Below, in pieces: positions 33,153-43,326 of a stretch of DNA of 64,000 nt. The notes beneath the pieces are model-generated. The model did not search any database and was not told the origin of the DNA. It was given only the letters and a program-made list of their open reading frames with translations. How positions within the stretch are numbered: position 1 is the first letter of the stretch; each line of letters opens with the position of its first letter. This DNA comes from an uncultured cyanobacterium (GTDB lineage Bacteria; Cyanobacteriota; Cyanobacteriia; Cyanobacteriales; Cyanobacteriaceae), in assembly GCA_963749915.1 (NCBI GenBank), contig CAVVOP010000005.1, positions 256,001 through 320,000 on the forward strand. The letters run 5' to 3'. Position numbers and translations under genes: made by a program.

Positions 33153-33252
33153 TGTTGTTTTCCTTTCTTGTTAATTAACTTTTGCTTAGTATTTTGCAGG
33201 ACTAAAATTATTTAGCACGGATGATAGGGTTTAGGGATTATTAATCTAAAAC

Positions 33253-33738
33253 CTATTGCATTGCTCCGATAACATAATCGAAGTAGGCAGCCGCTTCACC
33301 AGCGTCATCAGAAGACATCATGCCAGTTGCAACTTCTTTCATTTCACGTACACTTTGAGATACCGCACCTACGTCAGTACCTAAAGATTTGTACATTTCC
33401 TTTACGCCGACTAAACCGATTTCCTCGATGGGAGTAACGTCACCAGCTACCACTCCATAAGTGATGAGACGTAGATAGTAGTCCATGTCACGTAAACAGG
33501 TAGCTGTCATTTCTTCGCCGTAAGAATTTCCACCGGGGGAAACAATATCAGGGCGTTTTTGGAATAAACGATCACCCGCTTCTTTAACGATACGCTCACG
33601 AGCACCACTCAAGGTTTCAGCGATGCGTAAACGAGCTTCACCGGAAGTAACGAATGCTTTGATTCTGTCTAACTCACCGGGGCTTAAATAACGTGCTTCT
33701 GCGTCAGCATTCACGATAGATTTCGTGACGATACTCAT
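33253..33738 (-). CDS. apcA: Allophycocyanin alpha subunit
   Basis: [27 protein letters not shown]. Confidence 0.99.
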   Translation of the reverse strand: MSIVTKSIVNADAEARYLSPGELDRIKAFVTSGEARLRIAETLSGARERIVKEAGDRLFQKRPDIVSPGGNSYGEEMTATCLRDMDYYLRLITYGVVAGDVTPIEEIGLVGVKEMYKSLGTDVGAVSQSVREMKEVATGMMSSDDAGEAAAYFDYVIGAMQ

Positions 33739-34162
33739 TGATGGATTCCTCCAAACAAAATATTAAATAGTATTTATTAGTTAAACCAGAATATTAGTTA
33801 AACTGGTATTGAAATTTTGAGAATCCCTACCGATTGACTTGGTAGCTATTTCTCCTCAGTAAGTATAACCTGAGAGGGTTACAAATTCTGATTTATTTTT
33901 TGAAGATGTTTAATTTGTCTTCGCAAATCATTGTGCGGTATTAAGTCCACTTTTGCTTAATTTTCTTAATACTTTTTAACAATTGATTTTATCCATCGAC
34001 AAAAATAACACCTTTGCTTGCTTAGTAATTAGTCATTTTTTTTGGCTTTCACTTTCTAGCATCCACTCTAGATATTGACAGAGTTTCACTTTTCGCCGAG
34101 GATATTTATGGTTGCCGGTGTTGCGTTTCATTTTTCAACTAAACCTACATAGAAGTTTATAT

Positions 34163-35215
34163 ATGAATCTCGATGGACAATTATCCAGTTATGATTATTA
34201 TTTACCACCAGAGTTAATCGCTCAAAATCCCGCCACTCCAAGGGATAGCTCTCGTTTATTGGTTGTTAGGCCAGATGGGGAAGTTTATCATACAGTTTTT
34301 TCTAATTTACCTGATTTTTTGTTACCTGGAGATTTATTGGTTTTAAATGATACCCGTGTAATTCCTGCTCGGTTATATGGTAAAAAGTCAACGGGTGCGG
34401 CAGTTGAGGTGTTGTTAGTAGAGGAAACGGAACATAATTGTTGGTTGGCATTGGTAAAGCCGGGGAAACGTTTTTCTGTGGGCAGTGAAATTTTCTTCGG
34501 TGATTCCCCTTTCTTAAAAGCTACCGTTGTCGGTAAGGATGAGGCCACTGGAGGGCGCTTTTTACAGTTTCAGGTTAACGAGCCTCAATCTTTCTGGTCA
34601 ATATTAGAAGATATTGGCAATATCCCTTTTCCCCCTTATGTTAATGAGTCTCAGGCTCAACCTGAACAGTATCAGACTATTTACGCTGAAAAACAAGGGG
34701 CGATCGCCGCTCCTACGGCTGGATTACACTTTACTGAAAAATTATTGGCAAAATTAAAAGAAAGACAAGTTAATATCACAACGGTGACTCTCCATATAGG
34801 AATTGGTACTTTCCGACCAGTGGAAGCAGAGGATATTGTAACCCATGAAATGCACCAAGAATGGATAGAAATGAATAAAAATACCATTGATGCCATCAAA
34901 AAAACAAAACAACTGGGTAGAAAAGTCATCGCCGTGGGTACAACGGTAGTTAGAACTTTAGAAGGTGCGTATAAACATCAACAAAAATTAGCACCTTTTG
35001 CGGGAAAAACCGACTTATTTATTTATCCGAGCTATACTTTTCGGGTAATAGATGGTTTAATTACTAACTTTCATTTACCTAAATCTAGTTTATTAATGTT
35101 AGTAAGTGCCTTAATTGGTCGAGAAAGATTAATGAATATTTATCAAGAGGCCATTAGGGAAAAATATCGTTTTTATTCTTTTGGTGATGGGATGTTGGTT
35201 CTACCAAATAAGTAG
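34163..35215 (+). CDS. queA: S-adenosylmethionine:tRNA ribosyltransferase-isomerase
   Basis: [43 protein letters not shown] at 34163 preferred over the ORF-track start at 34112. Confidence 0.96.
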   Translation: MNLDGQLSSYDYYLPPELIAQNPATPRDSSRLLVVRPDGEVYHTVFSNLPDFLLPGDLLVLNDTRVIPARLYGKKSTGAAVEVLLVEETEHNCWLALVKPGKRFSVGSEIFFGDSPFLKATVVGKDEATGGRFLQFQVNEPQSFWSILEDIGNIPFPPYVNESQAQPEQYQTIYAEKQGAIAAPTAGLHFTEKLLAKLKERQVNITTVTLHIGIGTFRPVEAEDIVTHEMHQEWIEMNKNTIDAIKKTKQLGRKVIAVGTTVVRTLEGAYKHQQKLAPFAGKTDLFIYPSYTFRVIDGLITNFHLPKSSLLMLVSALIGRERLMNIYQEAIREKYRFYSFGDGMLVLPNK

Positions 35216-35454
35216 AATTAGAATAATAAATAAACAATGAAATCTAAAAAATATAATAGAAATACAATTCTTCTAAAGCCGTTCAAGAGTTGCGTTTACC
35301 AAACCCTTTATTCCCCGTTTTAACAAATCAAGAATTACTAGGGACTAGAGAATCGTGATCCCCCCCTATGATACAATTAATGGTTTAAGATCAATTCTCA
35401 GAAACAACGTGAAATAAATTAGGAAAATATTTTACATATACGGAGCATAATTTT

Positions 35455-36147
35455 ATGAAGAAAATAAATGCTATTATTATCAGTTTTGTCATTTTTTCCG
35501 TGCTACTGCTTAATCTTGTTGTTAATTCGGCTTCTGCTACGGGAGTATATGATTTGCCTGTGATTAACAGTGGGGAAGATGTTTGGATTCTGGATGCTCC
35601 TGGGGCTATTAGTAAGACCACAGAGGCTAAGTTAACCAGTGAATTGAGAGATTTAGCACAAAATACTGGTAATGAAACCCGTATAGTCGTTATCAACCGT
35701 CTTGATTATGGAGAAACTATTGATTCCCTGACTAATGAGCTTTTTTCTACATGGTATCCTACCCCAGAAGAACAAAATAATCAAACATTATTTGTTTTAG
35801 ACACTTTAACTAATCGTACTGCCCTTCGCACTGGGGAGGGAGTAACTCCTCTTTTAACTCCGAATATTCGCGATAGTGTTGTCAAGGAAACCGTAGTTGT
35901 TCCTCTTAAAAATTTACAATACAATCAGGCTTTGATTGATGCTAGCGATCGCATTGTGGCTGTTCTCTCAGGACAAGAAGATCCCGGTGCTCCCGAAATT
36001 AAGGAGTTAGCTATAGATGGAACTTTTGCCACCGCAGAAGAAACCGACGATCGTAGTGCCACTATTTGGATGATTGTCCTATTAGGATTAGCGACTTTAA
36101 TACCTATGATTACATATTTTTGGTATGTAGGCTTTCCGGGTAATTAG
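35455..36147 (+). CDS. psb32: TPM-domain thylakoid protein, Psb32-like
   Basis: Signal peptide, ATGVYDLP, TPM domain, EETDDRSATIW..LATLIPMITYFWY C-terminal TM. Confidence 0.8.
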   Translation: MKKINAIIISFVIFSVLLLNLVVNSASATGVYDLPVINSGEDVWILDAPGAISKTTEAKLTSELRDLAQNTGNETRIVVINRLDYGETIDSLTNELFSTWYPTPEEQNNQTLFVLDTLTNRTALRTGEGVTPLLTPNIRDSVVKETVVVPLKNLQYNQALIDASDRIVAVLSGQEDPGAPEIKELAIDGTFATAEETDDRSATIWMIVLLGLATLIPMITYFWYVGFPGN

Positions 36148-36220
36148 GGTAAAATAAAGATATGAAAGCATTGTATTTCATAACCGTCAATTTTAATATA
36201 AACAGGTAATAAGGAAAATT

Positions 36221-36475
36221 ATGCTCACAGACCCCGTTGTTATTAGATATTATCAAAAACTGACCGATGGAATGGTGGATTTATGGCATAGAGGTAGTCG
36301 CTATGAAGAATTGAGAATATATATGCAAGGATATCTAACTTGTCTCCGTCTCACCAACGTCATAGAAGGCTACCAAATCCATCGTTTAGAAGAAGAGGCT
36401 TTTCGTTTTCTCAGAGATCCTTCTAATTTTGAACTAGCCATGCCCCAAATGCAACCAGAACACGGTTACTATTAA
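36221..36475 (+). CDS. Small hypothetical protein of cyanobacterial type
   Basis: 84-aa ORF with AAGGA RBS; IRYYQKLTD...RLEEEAFRFLRDPSNF. Confidence 0.8.
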   Translation: MLTDPVVIRYYQKLTDGMVDLWHRGSRYEELRIYMQGYLTCLRLTNVIEGYQIHRLEEEAFRFLRDPSNFELAMPQMQPEHGYY

Positions 36476-36681
36476 ACATTAGGCATTCGCAATTATAGCA
36501 ATTAGCCATTAATTTATATATAAACTATCAACGTCCAACGTCTATCTAGTTGGACCAAATATTTGGGCGTTTATTTGTTGTCTGTTCTAAAAAATCCCGT
36601 AGACACTTTCTATTGGCAATAAGTCCCCATTCGCATTAATATAATCCCCTATTAATTAATATCACCCTCAATAGTAAGTTT

Positions 36682-36870
36682 ATGACCAATTCTACTCCTT
36701 CTGAATCCACTACTAACCCCACCGAACCTAGTGTCAAACCTCAAGACAGTTACGTTAAATTGGCAATGCGTAATATGGTGAAAAAAAAGGGTATATCTTT
36801 AAAGCACTTTTTCTTAACAACTTTTGCCTTATTAGGGTTTCTCGTGGGAATTTCTTATTTAACCAGATAA
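36682..36870 (+). CDS. DUF3285-like small membrane protein
   Basis: SYVKLAMRNMV..SLKHF plus a C-terminal TM. Confidence 0.8.
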   Translation: MTNSTPSESTTNPTEPSVKPQDSYVKLAMRNMVKKKGISLKHFFLTTFALLGFLVGISYLTR

Positions 36871-36990
36871 AAAAGTTAAAAATTAACAATTAATAGTGAA
36901 TATAGCAATCAGGAATCATTCGTGAGAATCAAATAATTGTTTTAAAAGGATTCAGAATCCAGAATCCAGTATTCAGTTATTGGATTATTG

Positions 36991-37497
36991 TCAATTGTTG
37001 TTATAACTCCAACGCAATAAAGTAACGCCCAAGCCGTATTTTAAAACCTCCAAAACCCAATAAGCTTCGTGCCATGAAATCATCGCCGATGGCATTGTTG
37101 TGACCGTGTTAAACTGATTTAAACATAAACCCCATGCACTTAAATGGGGAATAAATAGATAAGTGTAAGCCACAGCTATTAGGAATAGTAAAGTAGAAAA
37201 GGCGACAAATAAGGACTGTTTTTTACGAGAAAAATTATGGTTAAAAGAGAATACAAATGCACAAGTTAAAACTAGAGAAGCACAAATCAACTCAATGCGA
37301 TTAAACACCCCAAAAATTAAAAATCCGGCACTGGCAAAACTACCCTCAGTCATCATGCCGCTAACAGAAAGGGCAGGAATTAAAACGAAATCTAGCAGCA
37401 AGCTGCCACTAAGCCAAAATCCTAATGCAAATAAAATAATAGCAGACCAATTTATTTCTTTATGTTCTTTATGATTTGAGTGAGAAATAGCATTCAT
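36991..37497 (-). CDS. DUF4149-like membrane protein
   Basis: LGFWLSGSLLLDF, FASAGF..FNRIEL, H..YWVLE. Confidence 0.75.
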   Translation of the reverse strand: MNAISHSNHKEHKEINWSAIILFALGFWLSGSLLLDFVLIPALSVSGMMTEGSFASAGFLIFGVFNRIELICASLVLTCAFVFSFNHNFSRKKQSLFVAFSTLLFLIAVAYTYLFIPHLSAWGLCLNQFNTVTTMPSAMISWHEAYWVLEVLKYGLGVTLLRWSYNNN

Positions 37498-37756
37498 AAT
37501 AATAGTACCTTTTAATATCTCTACTATTTAGAATAACGCACTATTTCATCTTTTTCTATTAAGTATTTTTAAGGTTTTTTATGAAGTTTAATTAAGTTTA
37601 ATTAATGATTAAACTTAAGGATATATACTTATAAAGTATATAAAAAACGGATCTTCTGCTTTGAGTATGATAATTTGTTAGCTAAAAAAGGTTTTAGTTA
37701 TTAGTTATTAGCTGTTTTTAAAAATAGCTAAAAAATCCCTAGCCTAACACCCAACC

Positions 37757-38096
37757 CAATACTGCGAGGGATTTGAATAATTATCTGTTGTGACAAGGAC
37801 AGGGAAGAGGGGGAAGCTTTCGGGTGTAGGTTTTTAATATTTGGGCGAAGGTGAGACTTGGAAGAGGGGGAAGATGGGGAAGATTCCTCAAGGAAAAATG
37901 GTCTTTTCACTCCCTTGTCCACTTTCCTTCCTTGTCCTCCTTGTCTCTCCCTCACCAGAACTTATTGTAAAAAACCTACCCTTGTCAGGGGGGAAGAGGG
38001 GGGGAGAAAAATGCCAAAACCAACGGTGCTTCCCACACTCCCAACACTCCCCACTTCTCATTTGATCAAGTTTTTCAGCTCAACCGAGTGGTATTG
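37757..38096. mobile_element. MITE (340 bp) with CAATAC termini and a 10-bp target duplication
   Basis: CAATACTGCGAGGG...CTCAACCGAGTGGTATTG; flanks acacccaacc / acacctaacc (9/10); locally GC-rich purine/pyrimidine tracts inside. Confidence 0.7.
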
Positions 38097-38145
38097 ACAC
38101 CTAACCCCTAGCGCCTTTAATGAAGTATTTATGTACTGGTTTTAA

Positions 38146-38262
38146 TTATTCCAGGCCGATTTCGCTACTGCGTTTATATTGACGATAGGCGGCAAAAAAT
38201 AAACCGATGAGGGTGACAGGAATTAACCCTAAAACAATACCGAGTAACAAAGGTTCAATCAT
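38146..38262 (-). CDS. petG: Cytochrome b6f subunit PetG (not in the ORF track)
   Basis: [38 protein letters not shown]. Confidence 0.97.
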   Translation of the reverse strand: MIEPLLLGIVLGLIPVTLIGLFFAAYRQYKRSSEIGLE

Positions 38263-38449
38263 TAATATTCTCCAGTGTTTAAATTTATTAATTTATCCTA
38301 AAATTTTCCACTTTCCATGCTATCAAAAAAGGTCGAGGGAATCAACAATGAACAGTAAACAATTTTCACCTAAATGAATACTCTTATCGTCTGTATTCTA
38401 ATTTCTAGACTAAAATAAGAGGAAGTTTAGTTTAATAGGTAAGTGGTTT

Positions 38450-38776
38450 ATGACGGATTCAGAAAATTTGTTACAGAAAGCGTTTTATTTAGGTGTCGGC
38501 ATTGCTAGTTATGCAGTGGAAAAAGCCAATGATAAATTTCAGGAATTAAAACAACAAGCTGGAAAAATTGTCCTGACCCCTGATTTTCCTCAACAATTGC
38601 AAAAAATCGCGGATGATATGGTGAATAAGGGAAAAATGAGTGCCGAAGAAGCCCGTCACTTTGTTGATGAAATATTAAAACAGTCACAAACTCAGAGGGT
38701 AGGAAATGACGATCCTAATGCACCACACGAACCGCGTACCATTGAAATAGTAACTGATGATGAGAACGAACAATGA
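38450..38776 (+). CDS. Phasin-like hypothetical protein
   Basis: LQKAFYLGVGIAS...KGKMSAEEARHFVD..EPRTIEI. Confidence 0.75.
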   Translation: MTDSENLLQKAFYLGVGIASYAVEKANDKFQELKQQAGKIVLTPDFPQQLQKIADDMVNKGKMSAEEARHFVDEILKQSQTQRVGNDDPNAPHEPRTIEIVTDDENEQ

Positions 38777-38855
38777 AAAATAGATAATTATAATTAATTA
38801 TACGAGCTAAGGATGAATAATTGAGTTACATTAGAGTCGAGATCTTTTTTATTCT

Positions 38856-39314
38856 TTGGGAATGATGGATAATTGGGAAAATAATTTGATTAACTGGTTA
38901 GATACTACTCAAAAAGAATTGGAGTCATTTTATACACAAATGAACCAACATTGGCAGAAAAACACTGAGGAATGGCAAAACATATTTAATCAGTTAACAG
39001 AGGAAGTTGAGGACACGCTGACAACAGAATTAAATGAGTTTCTGACAGAGGTCGATGGTTTTGTCATAGAAGTGGCAAAATTGTTCCTTGATGAGGACTA
39101 TCTTAATGATGTTGATGATTACAATTATTTTACTGATGAAGACGAGTTTTATTCATGGTTACAAGACACAAAAACCGGGCCTAACCCAGAAATAAATCCC
39201 GCTTGTCTGGGTTGTAGTAACTATCATGGTCAGACTTATAATGGTAACTTACTTGTCTGTGGTATGCACCCCTATGGTTGGGATGGTGAGACCTGCCCCG
39301 ATTGGCAGGAATAA
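38856..39314 (+). CDS. Acidic hypothetical protein with C-terminal Cys/His metal-binding motif
   Basis: ACLGCSNYHG...VCGMHPYGWDGETCPDW. Confidence 0.8.
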   Translation: MGMMDNWENNLINWLDTTQKELESFYTQMNQHWQKNTEEWQNIFNQLTEEVEDTLTTELNEFLTEVDGFVIEVAKLFLDEDYLNDVDDYNYFTDEDEFYSWLQDTKTGPNPEINPACLGCSNYHGQTYNGNLLVCGMHPYGWDGETCPDWQE

Positions 39315-39422
39315 AAGACAGGGGACGACGAGACAGGAGGTTTGAGAAGGAGGTGGGCAAATAAACCCCTACATAAAACTGACTTTTCGGTGATAACAAT
39401 CTGCCGAATGGCTGAAATTTAT

Positions 39423-40637
39423 TTATAAATCAAGGGAATTTTCGATGGCAGATACTAAAACATCCGTCAAAATTTTAATGCGATAACGACAGGCTTGGGT
39501 TTCCATTGAGGCAAATGTGCCGTTTTCCCAATATTTGTTACTACCTGCACCACCGCCGCAAATACCGAAATAACTACAGTTATTTGCACATAATTCTACC
39601 CCTTTATTAATATCATTATAAATAGCCTTAAATTTGTCAGTTTTACAAATAGATTCAAGAGTATTTGTTAATACATTACCAAAAATAAAATCACCATATT
39701 TTTCAGTTTTTATGGATAATAACTCTGGATCAAAAGTAGAAAAATTCCCCTGATAATCATAGTTAACAATGACAAAAGGCTTATTCATATCAGTATTGGT
39801 TAATCTCTTTCCGCTATAAATTAAGCTAATTAAAATCTCAAATTCTCTGATAACAAAAGGTAATTTACTTTCGGTTACTAACTGCCAAAAACGCTCAATA
39901 AATTTACGATATTTATGCTCTATTTTTTTCCCATTTAAAGAGGTTAATTCATTAACTCCCTCCGTTTCTTCCATATTAAAAGCTATGTCATAAATCTCAT
40001 TTTCTGCAAAAAAATTAAACATTTCATCGGCATAATTTAAGGATTCTTCAGTAATAACAGAAATGGTGTTATAGGGGATACTATTTTTTTGTAAATAGCG
40101 GATTCCGCCCATGGTTAAATCGTGAGAATTTCCACCTTTACGGTTTTTTCGGTGGGCATCATGTAAAAAGGCAGGTCCATCAATACTTACGCCGACATGA
40201 ACGGGATATTCTTGCCAAAGATCGCACCATCCTTGATTAATTAATGTACCGTTAGTTTGATAGGAATGATAAAAATAAAAGTCAGTTTTATTATATTTTT
40301 CGTTAGCTTCATTTATGAGTTGAAAGGCAGATTTATAAAAGGAAATTGGCATGGTTAATGGTTCGCCTGCGTGCCAACAAACACTAAAATCACTTTGAAA
40401 AAAAGGACTGGTAAAAATACTTTTGAAAATGGGATCTATTAAGTCCAAAGATAGTTTATTTTGTAGGTGTCGATCTGGTAAATAACAATAATCACAATTT
40501 AAGTTACAAAAAGAATTAGGCTGAATAATAACTAAAGAAATTGGTCCAAATTTAGAGGTATCTTTTAATATTTCTGATTTTTGATTTTCTGCCATCGCCA
40601 TTTTTTTAGTAATAAGTAATGAGTATTCCGCCCCCAA
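39423..40637 (-). CDS. grrM: Radical SAM/SPASM peptide maturase GrrM (OscB-like, cyclophane-forming)
   Basis: QPNSFCNLNCDYC, WHAGEP, SPASM C..C....CGGGAGSNKYWENGTF...C; adjacent Gly-rich precursors. Confidence 0.92.
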   Translation of the reverse strand: MGAEYSLLITKKMAMAENQKSEILKDTSKFGPISLVIIQPNSFCNLNCDYCYLPDRHLQNKLSLDLIDPIFKSIFTSPFFQSDFSVCWHAGEPLTMPISFYKSAFQLINEANEKYNKTDFYFYHSYQTNGTLINQGWCDLWQEYPVHVGVSIDGPAFLHDAHRKNRKGGNSHDLTMGGIRYLQKNSIPYNTISVITEESLNYADEMFNFFAENEIYDIAFNMEETEGVNELTSLNGKKIEHKYRKFIERFWQLVTESKLPFVIREFEILISLIYSGKRLTNTDMNKPFVIVNYDYQGNFSTFDPELLSIKTEKYGDFIFGNVLTNTLESICKTDKFKAIYNDINKGVELCANNCSYFGICGGGAGSNKYWENGTFASMETQACRYRIKILTDVLVSAIENSLDL

Positions 40638-40689
40638 GTTTGGGAGAATTAAAATAAGATAAAAGTCCCCAGAATTGGCGATTTAGGGG

Positions 40690-41055
40690 CTAATAGCGAC
40701 GATTTAAGAAGCCTCCACCACCGTCTCCCCAGCCACGATTGTTAAGGAAACCACCACCACCACGATTGTTCAGGAAACCACCACCACCACGATTTCGCCA
40801 GCCTCCACCACCATTAATAAAGCCCCCTACTAATATTTCATTTTCGAGTAAATTTTTTAAATTTGATTCTTCAGGTAAGTCTTTTTCTCTAGCTTTAAGG
40901 GCTTCAGATATGCGACTTAAACGAGTTTCTATATTTTCAGAAATGTCAGCAGAATTGCTGATATTATTAGCATTAATAGCAAGGGTTTTAGGAGCGATCG
41001 CAAGACTTGATAAAGTCATGAAAAAGCCCAACCATGTTAAATTTGTTATTTTCAT
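40690..41055 (-). CDS. grrA: GrrA/OscA-like Gly-rich repeat RiPP precursor 1
   Basis: Signal-like N-terminus, IETRLSRIS leader, core GGFING..WRN..FLN..FLN..WGD..FLNRRY. Confidence 0.9.
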   Translation of the reverse strand: MKITNLTWLGFFMTLSSLAIAPKTLAINANNISNSADISENIETRLSRISEALKAREKDLPEESNLKNLLENEILVGGFINGGGGWRNRGGGGFLNNRGGGGFLNNRGWGDGGGGFLNRRY

Positions 41056-41127
41056 AAATTTGTTGATAGTAAAGAAAACAGTTAATTATTAATTGCTAAT
41101 TTTTGATTGCTGATGATTAATTATCAA

Positions 41128-41535
41128 TTACCAACGACGATTTAAGAAACCACCACCATCTCTCCAACCTCGATTGAGGAAGCCACCACCGCCTCGATTA
41201 TTTAAAAAACCTCCGGGACCTCCTCTACGGTTAAGAAAACTTCCCCGGCCAAGGTCTCCCCAACCACCACGACGAAAGTTTACCCAACCACCGCCACCAT
41301 TGAGAAATCTACCTAACAAGATTTGATTATCAGGATAGTTTTGACCATTCTCAGATAAGTCTTTTTCTCTGGCTTTGAGTGCTTGGGAAATACGGCTTAA
41401 ACGAGTTTCTATATTTTCGGAAATGTCAGCGGAATTGATGATATTATTAGCATTAATAGCAAGGGTTTTAGGAGCGATCGCAAGACTTGATAAAGTCATG
41501 AAAAAGCCTAACCATGTCAAATTCGATATTTTCAT
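41128..41535 (-). CDS. grrA: GrrA/OscA-like Gly-rich repeat RiPP precursor 2
   Basis: Near-identical N-terminus to precursor 1; core with FLN/WVN/WGD/WRD motifs ending FLNRRW. Confidence 0.9.
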   Translation of the reverse strand: MKISNLTWLGFFMTLSSLAIAPKTLAINANNIINSADISENIETRLSRISQALKAREKDLSENGQNYPDNQILLGRFLNGGGGWVNFRRGGWGDLGRGSFLNRRGGPGGFLNNRGGGGFLNRGWRDGGGFLNRRW

Positions 41536-41574
41536 AGGATGTAAATAAATAATTGATCAAGGAAAATGATGGTT

Positions 41575-42510
41575 TTATTTTTTGGGGAAGGGAATTTGTT
41601 CGTGATTGATGATCGTAGTTTTAAAGAACTCCTCGATCGCCTCATCACTAACCACATCAACTACACCATTTGGACCTATCCATTTATTGAGTAATTGACT
41701 CATTTGAGGATCTTTGTTTAAATAACCTTCCATCATTTTAGCAATACTATAGTTAGCAATATTCAAGAAAGTAGAGTTATTTTGCGGGACAATACAACCT
41801 ACTCCATATCGTGCTAAAGGGGGTTCACTAAAGGGCGGAAACTGCTCAAATCCATCTCTATCAACCTGTTGACGTAAACCATCTAAGAGAATACTATCTC
41901 CAGCTAAAGCGTCTATTTTGCCGTCTTTTAACACTGTCACCCCTTCTTCCAAACTAGGCACTTCTACTAATACCGCATTAGGATAGGCTAACTTAATGGC
42001 GTCTCTGACAAAAGTTTGAGGAGGAATCCCCATTTTTTTGTTGGCGAAAGAAGTATCACTGGGAATTTTGCCTTTGGGAAGTAAGACCCGAATGCCTGAA
42101 ATTGTGTATCTTAGGGTAAAGTCAACATACTTATCTCTTTCCCATGTGAAAACTACGTTACAAGCGATGTCAATTTCTCCAGATATCATTTTAGAGATAG
42201 TGTCTTGAGGGGAATTAAGTTCCACAAAATTTAGTTCAATCTTACGCCCTAATTCCTGTTCTAATTGTTGATGAATTAATTTAACTATATCGATGGAAAA
42301 ACCATTCAACTCATTTTCAGGATTATAGTAAGCATAAGGGACAATATTAAAAGGAGTTCCCACAGTGAAAACACCTGATTGAGCGACATTTTCCACTACC
42401 GTACCAGCCATAGTGGGTTTTACCCCCATTGAGAATAACAATCCCATTAAAGAACTAAGAAAAATTTTCTTCCACATGATTTTACCAAAACGCTTTTGCC
42501 ACATTATCAC
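41575..42510 (-). CDS. grrP: GrrP-like extracellular substrate-binding protein (SBP family 3 fold)
   Basis: Signal peptide, G.SIDI, GEIDIAC..FTWERDK.VDFT, VPQNNS..L; position upstream of grrA. Confidence 0.85.
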   Translation of the reverse strand: MIMWQKRFGKIMWKKIFLSSLMGLLFSMGVKPTMAGTVVENVAQSGVFTVGTPFNIVPYAYYNPENELNGFSIDIVKLIHQQLEQELGRKIELNFVELNSPQDTISKMISGEIDIACNVVFTWERDKYVDFTLRYTISGIRVLLPKGKIPSDTSFANKKMGIPPQTFVRDAIKLAYPNAVLVEVPSLEEGVTVLKDGKIDALAGDSILLDGLRQQVDRDGFEQFPPFSEPPLARYGVGCIVPQNNSTFLNIANYSIAKMMEGYLNKDPQMSQLLNKWIGPNGVVDVVSDEAIEEFFKTTIINHEQIPFPKK

Positions 42511-42586
42511 ATAAATGATGGAGATAAAATGTAAATAAATTTTAAAACAAACAACATAAACTTAATTCATCAATAGAATATAGATC

Positions 42587-43240
42587 ATGGATAAAAAAAA
42601 AGCCATTGTTTTATTCTCAGGAGGTTTAGATTCTGCTACCAGTGCGGCCATCGCCATTCAAGCAGGATACGATACCATCGCTTTATCATTTCGCTATGGA
42701 CAAAAACACGCCAAAGAATTGGAAGCCGCTCAAAAATTAGCTCCAAAATTAGGCATAAAAGAGCACTATATTATCGATGTTAATCTCTCATTATGGGGGG
42801 GATCATCCTTAACGGATCAAAATCTGAACATCCCCGAAGATGGTGTTAAACCTGATCAAATTCCCTCTACTTATGTCCCCGGTAGAAATACAGTTTTTAT
42901 TGCCATCGCCCTTTCTTTGGCGGAAGCCAAGGAAGCCGAGGCTATTTATTTAGGCATCAATGCGGTGGATTATTCCGGCTATCCTGATTGTAGACCCGAA
43001 TATTTAAAAACCTTTCAAGAATTAGCTAATCTATCATCAAAAGTCGGTATTGAAGGAAAACCCCCTCAATTAATCGCCCCTTTAATCGAATTATCTAAAG
43101 AAGACATCGTTAGAAAAGCTATTAGTTTAAATGTACCCATAGAAGAAACATGGTCATGTTATCGGGGAGGAGAAAAACCCTGCGGAGTTTGTGATTCCTG
43201 CCGTATCCGTAACGAGGCGTTAATAAAAACCGGTTATTGA
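42587..43240 (+). CDS. queC: 7-cyano-7-deazaguanine synthase
   Basis: [33 protein letters not shown]. Confidence 0.97.
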   Translation: MDKKKAIVLFSGGLDSATSAAIAIQAGYDTIALSFRYGQKHAKELEAAQKLAPKLGIKEHYIIDVNLSLWGGSSLTDQNLNIPEDGVKPDQIPSTYVPGRNTVFIAIALSLAEAKEAEAIYLGINAVDYSGYPDCRPEYLKTFQELANLSSKVGIEGKPPQLIAPLIELSKEDIVRKAISLNVPIEETWSCYRGGEKPCGVCDSCRIRNEALIKTGY

Positions 43241-43326
43241 TTATTTTCTGAATAAAATTCAATGTGGAATTAGAATCGATCGAGTCCATAGGTAAAAATA
43301 AGAATTATAATTTATTTAAGTAGTTT

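Noticed and set aside
33870..33900. Possible RpaB HLR1 site upstream of apcA
   Set aside because: Only one GTTACAAA half-site is evident; no convincing direct repeat.
37728..38097. Three overlapping short ORFs (75, 74 and 79 aa)
   Set aside because: All lie essentially within a low-complexity MITE, with no recognisable protein features.
40739..41092. Pro-rich 117-aa + strand ORF
   Set aside because: Antisense shadow of the Gly-rich grrA codons.
42587..43240. queC as part of a 7-deazaguanine DNA modification/QatABCD defence system or of the RiPP cluster
   Set aside because: It looks like a canonical QueC, is divergent from grrP, has no dpd/qat neighbours, and queA is present for tRNA queuosine synthesis.
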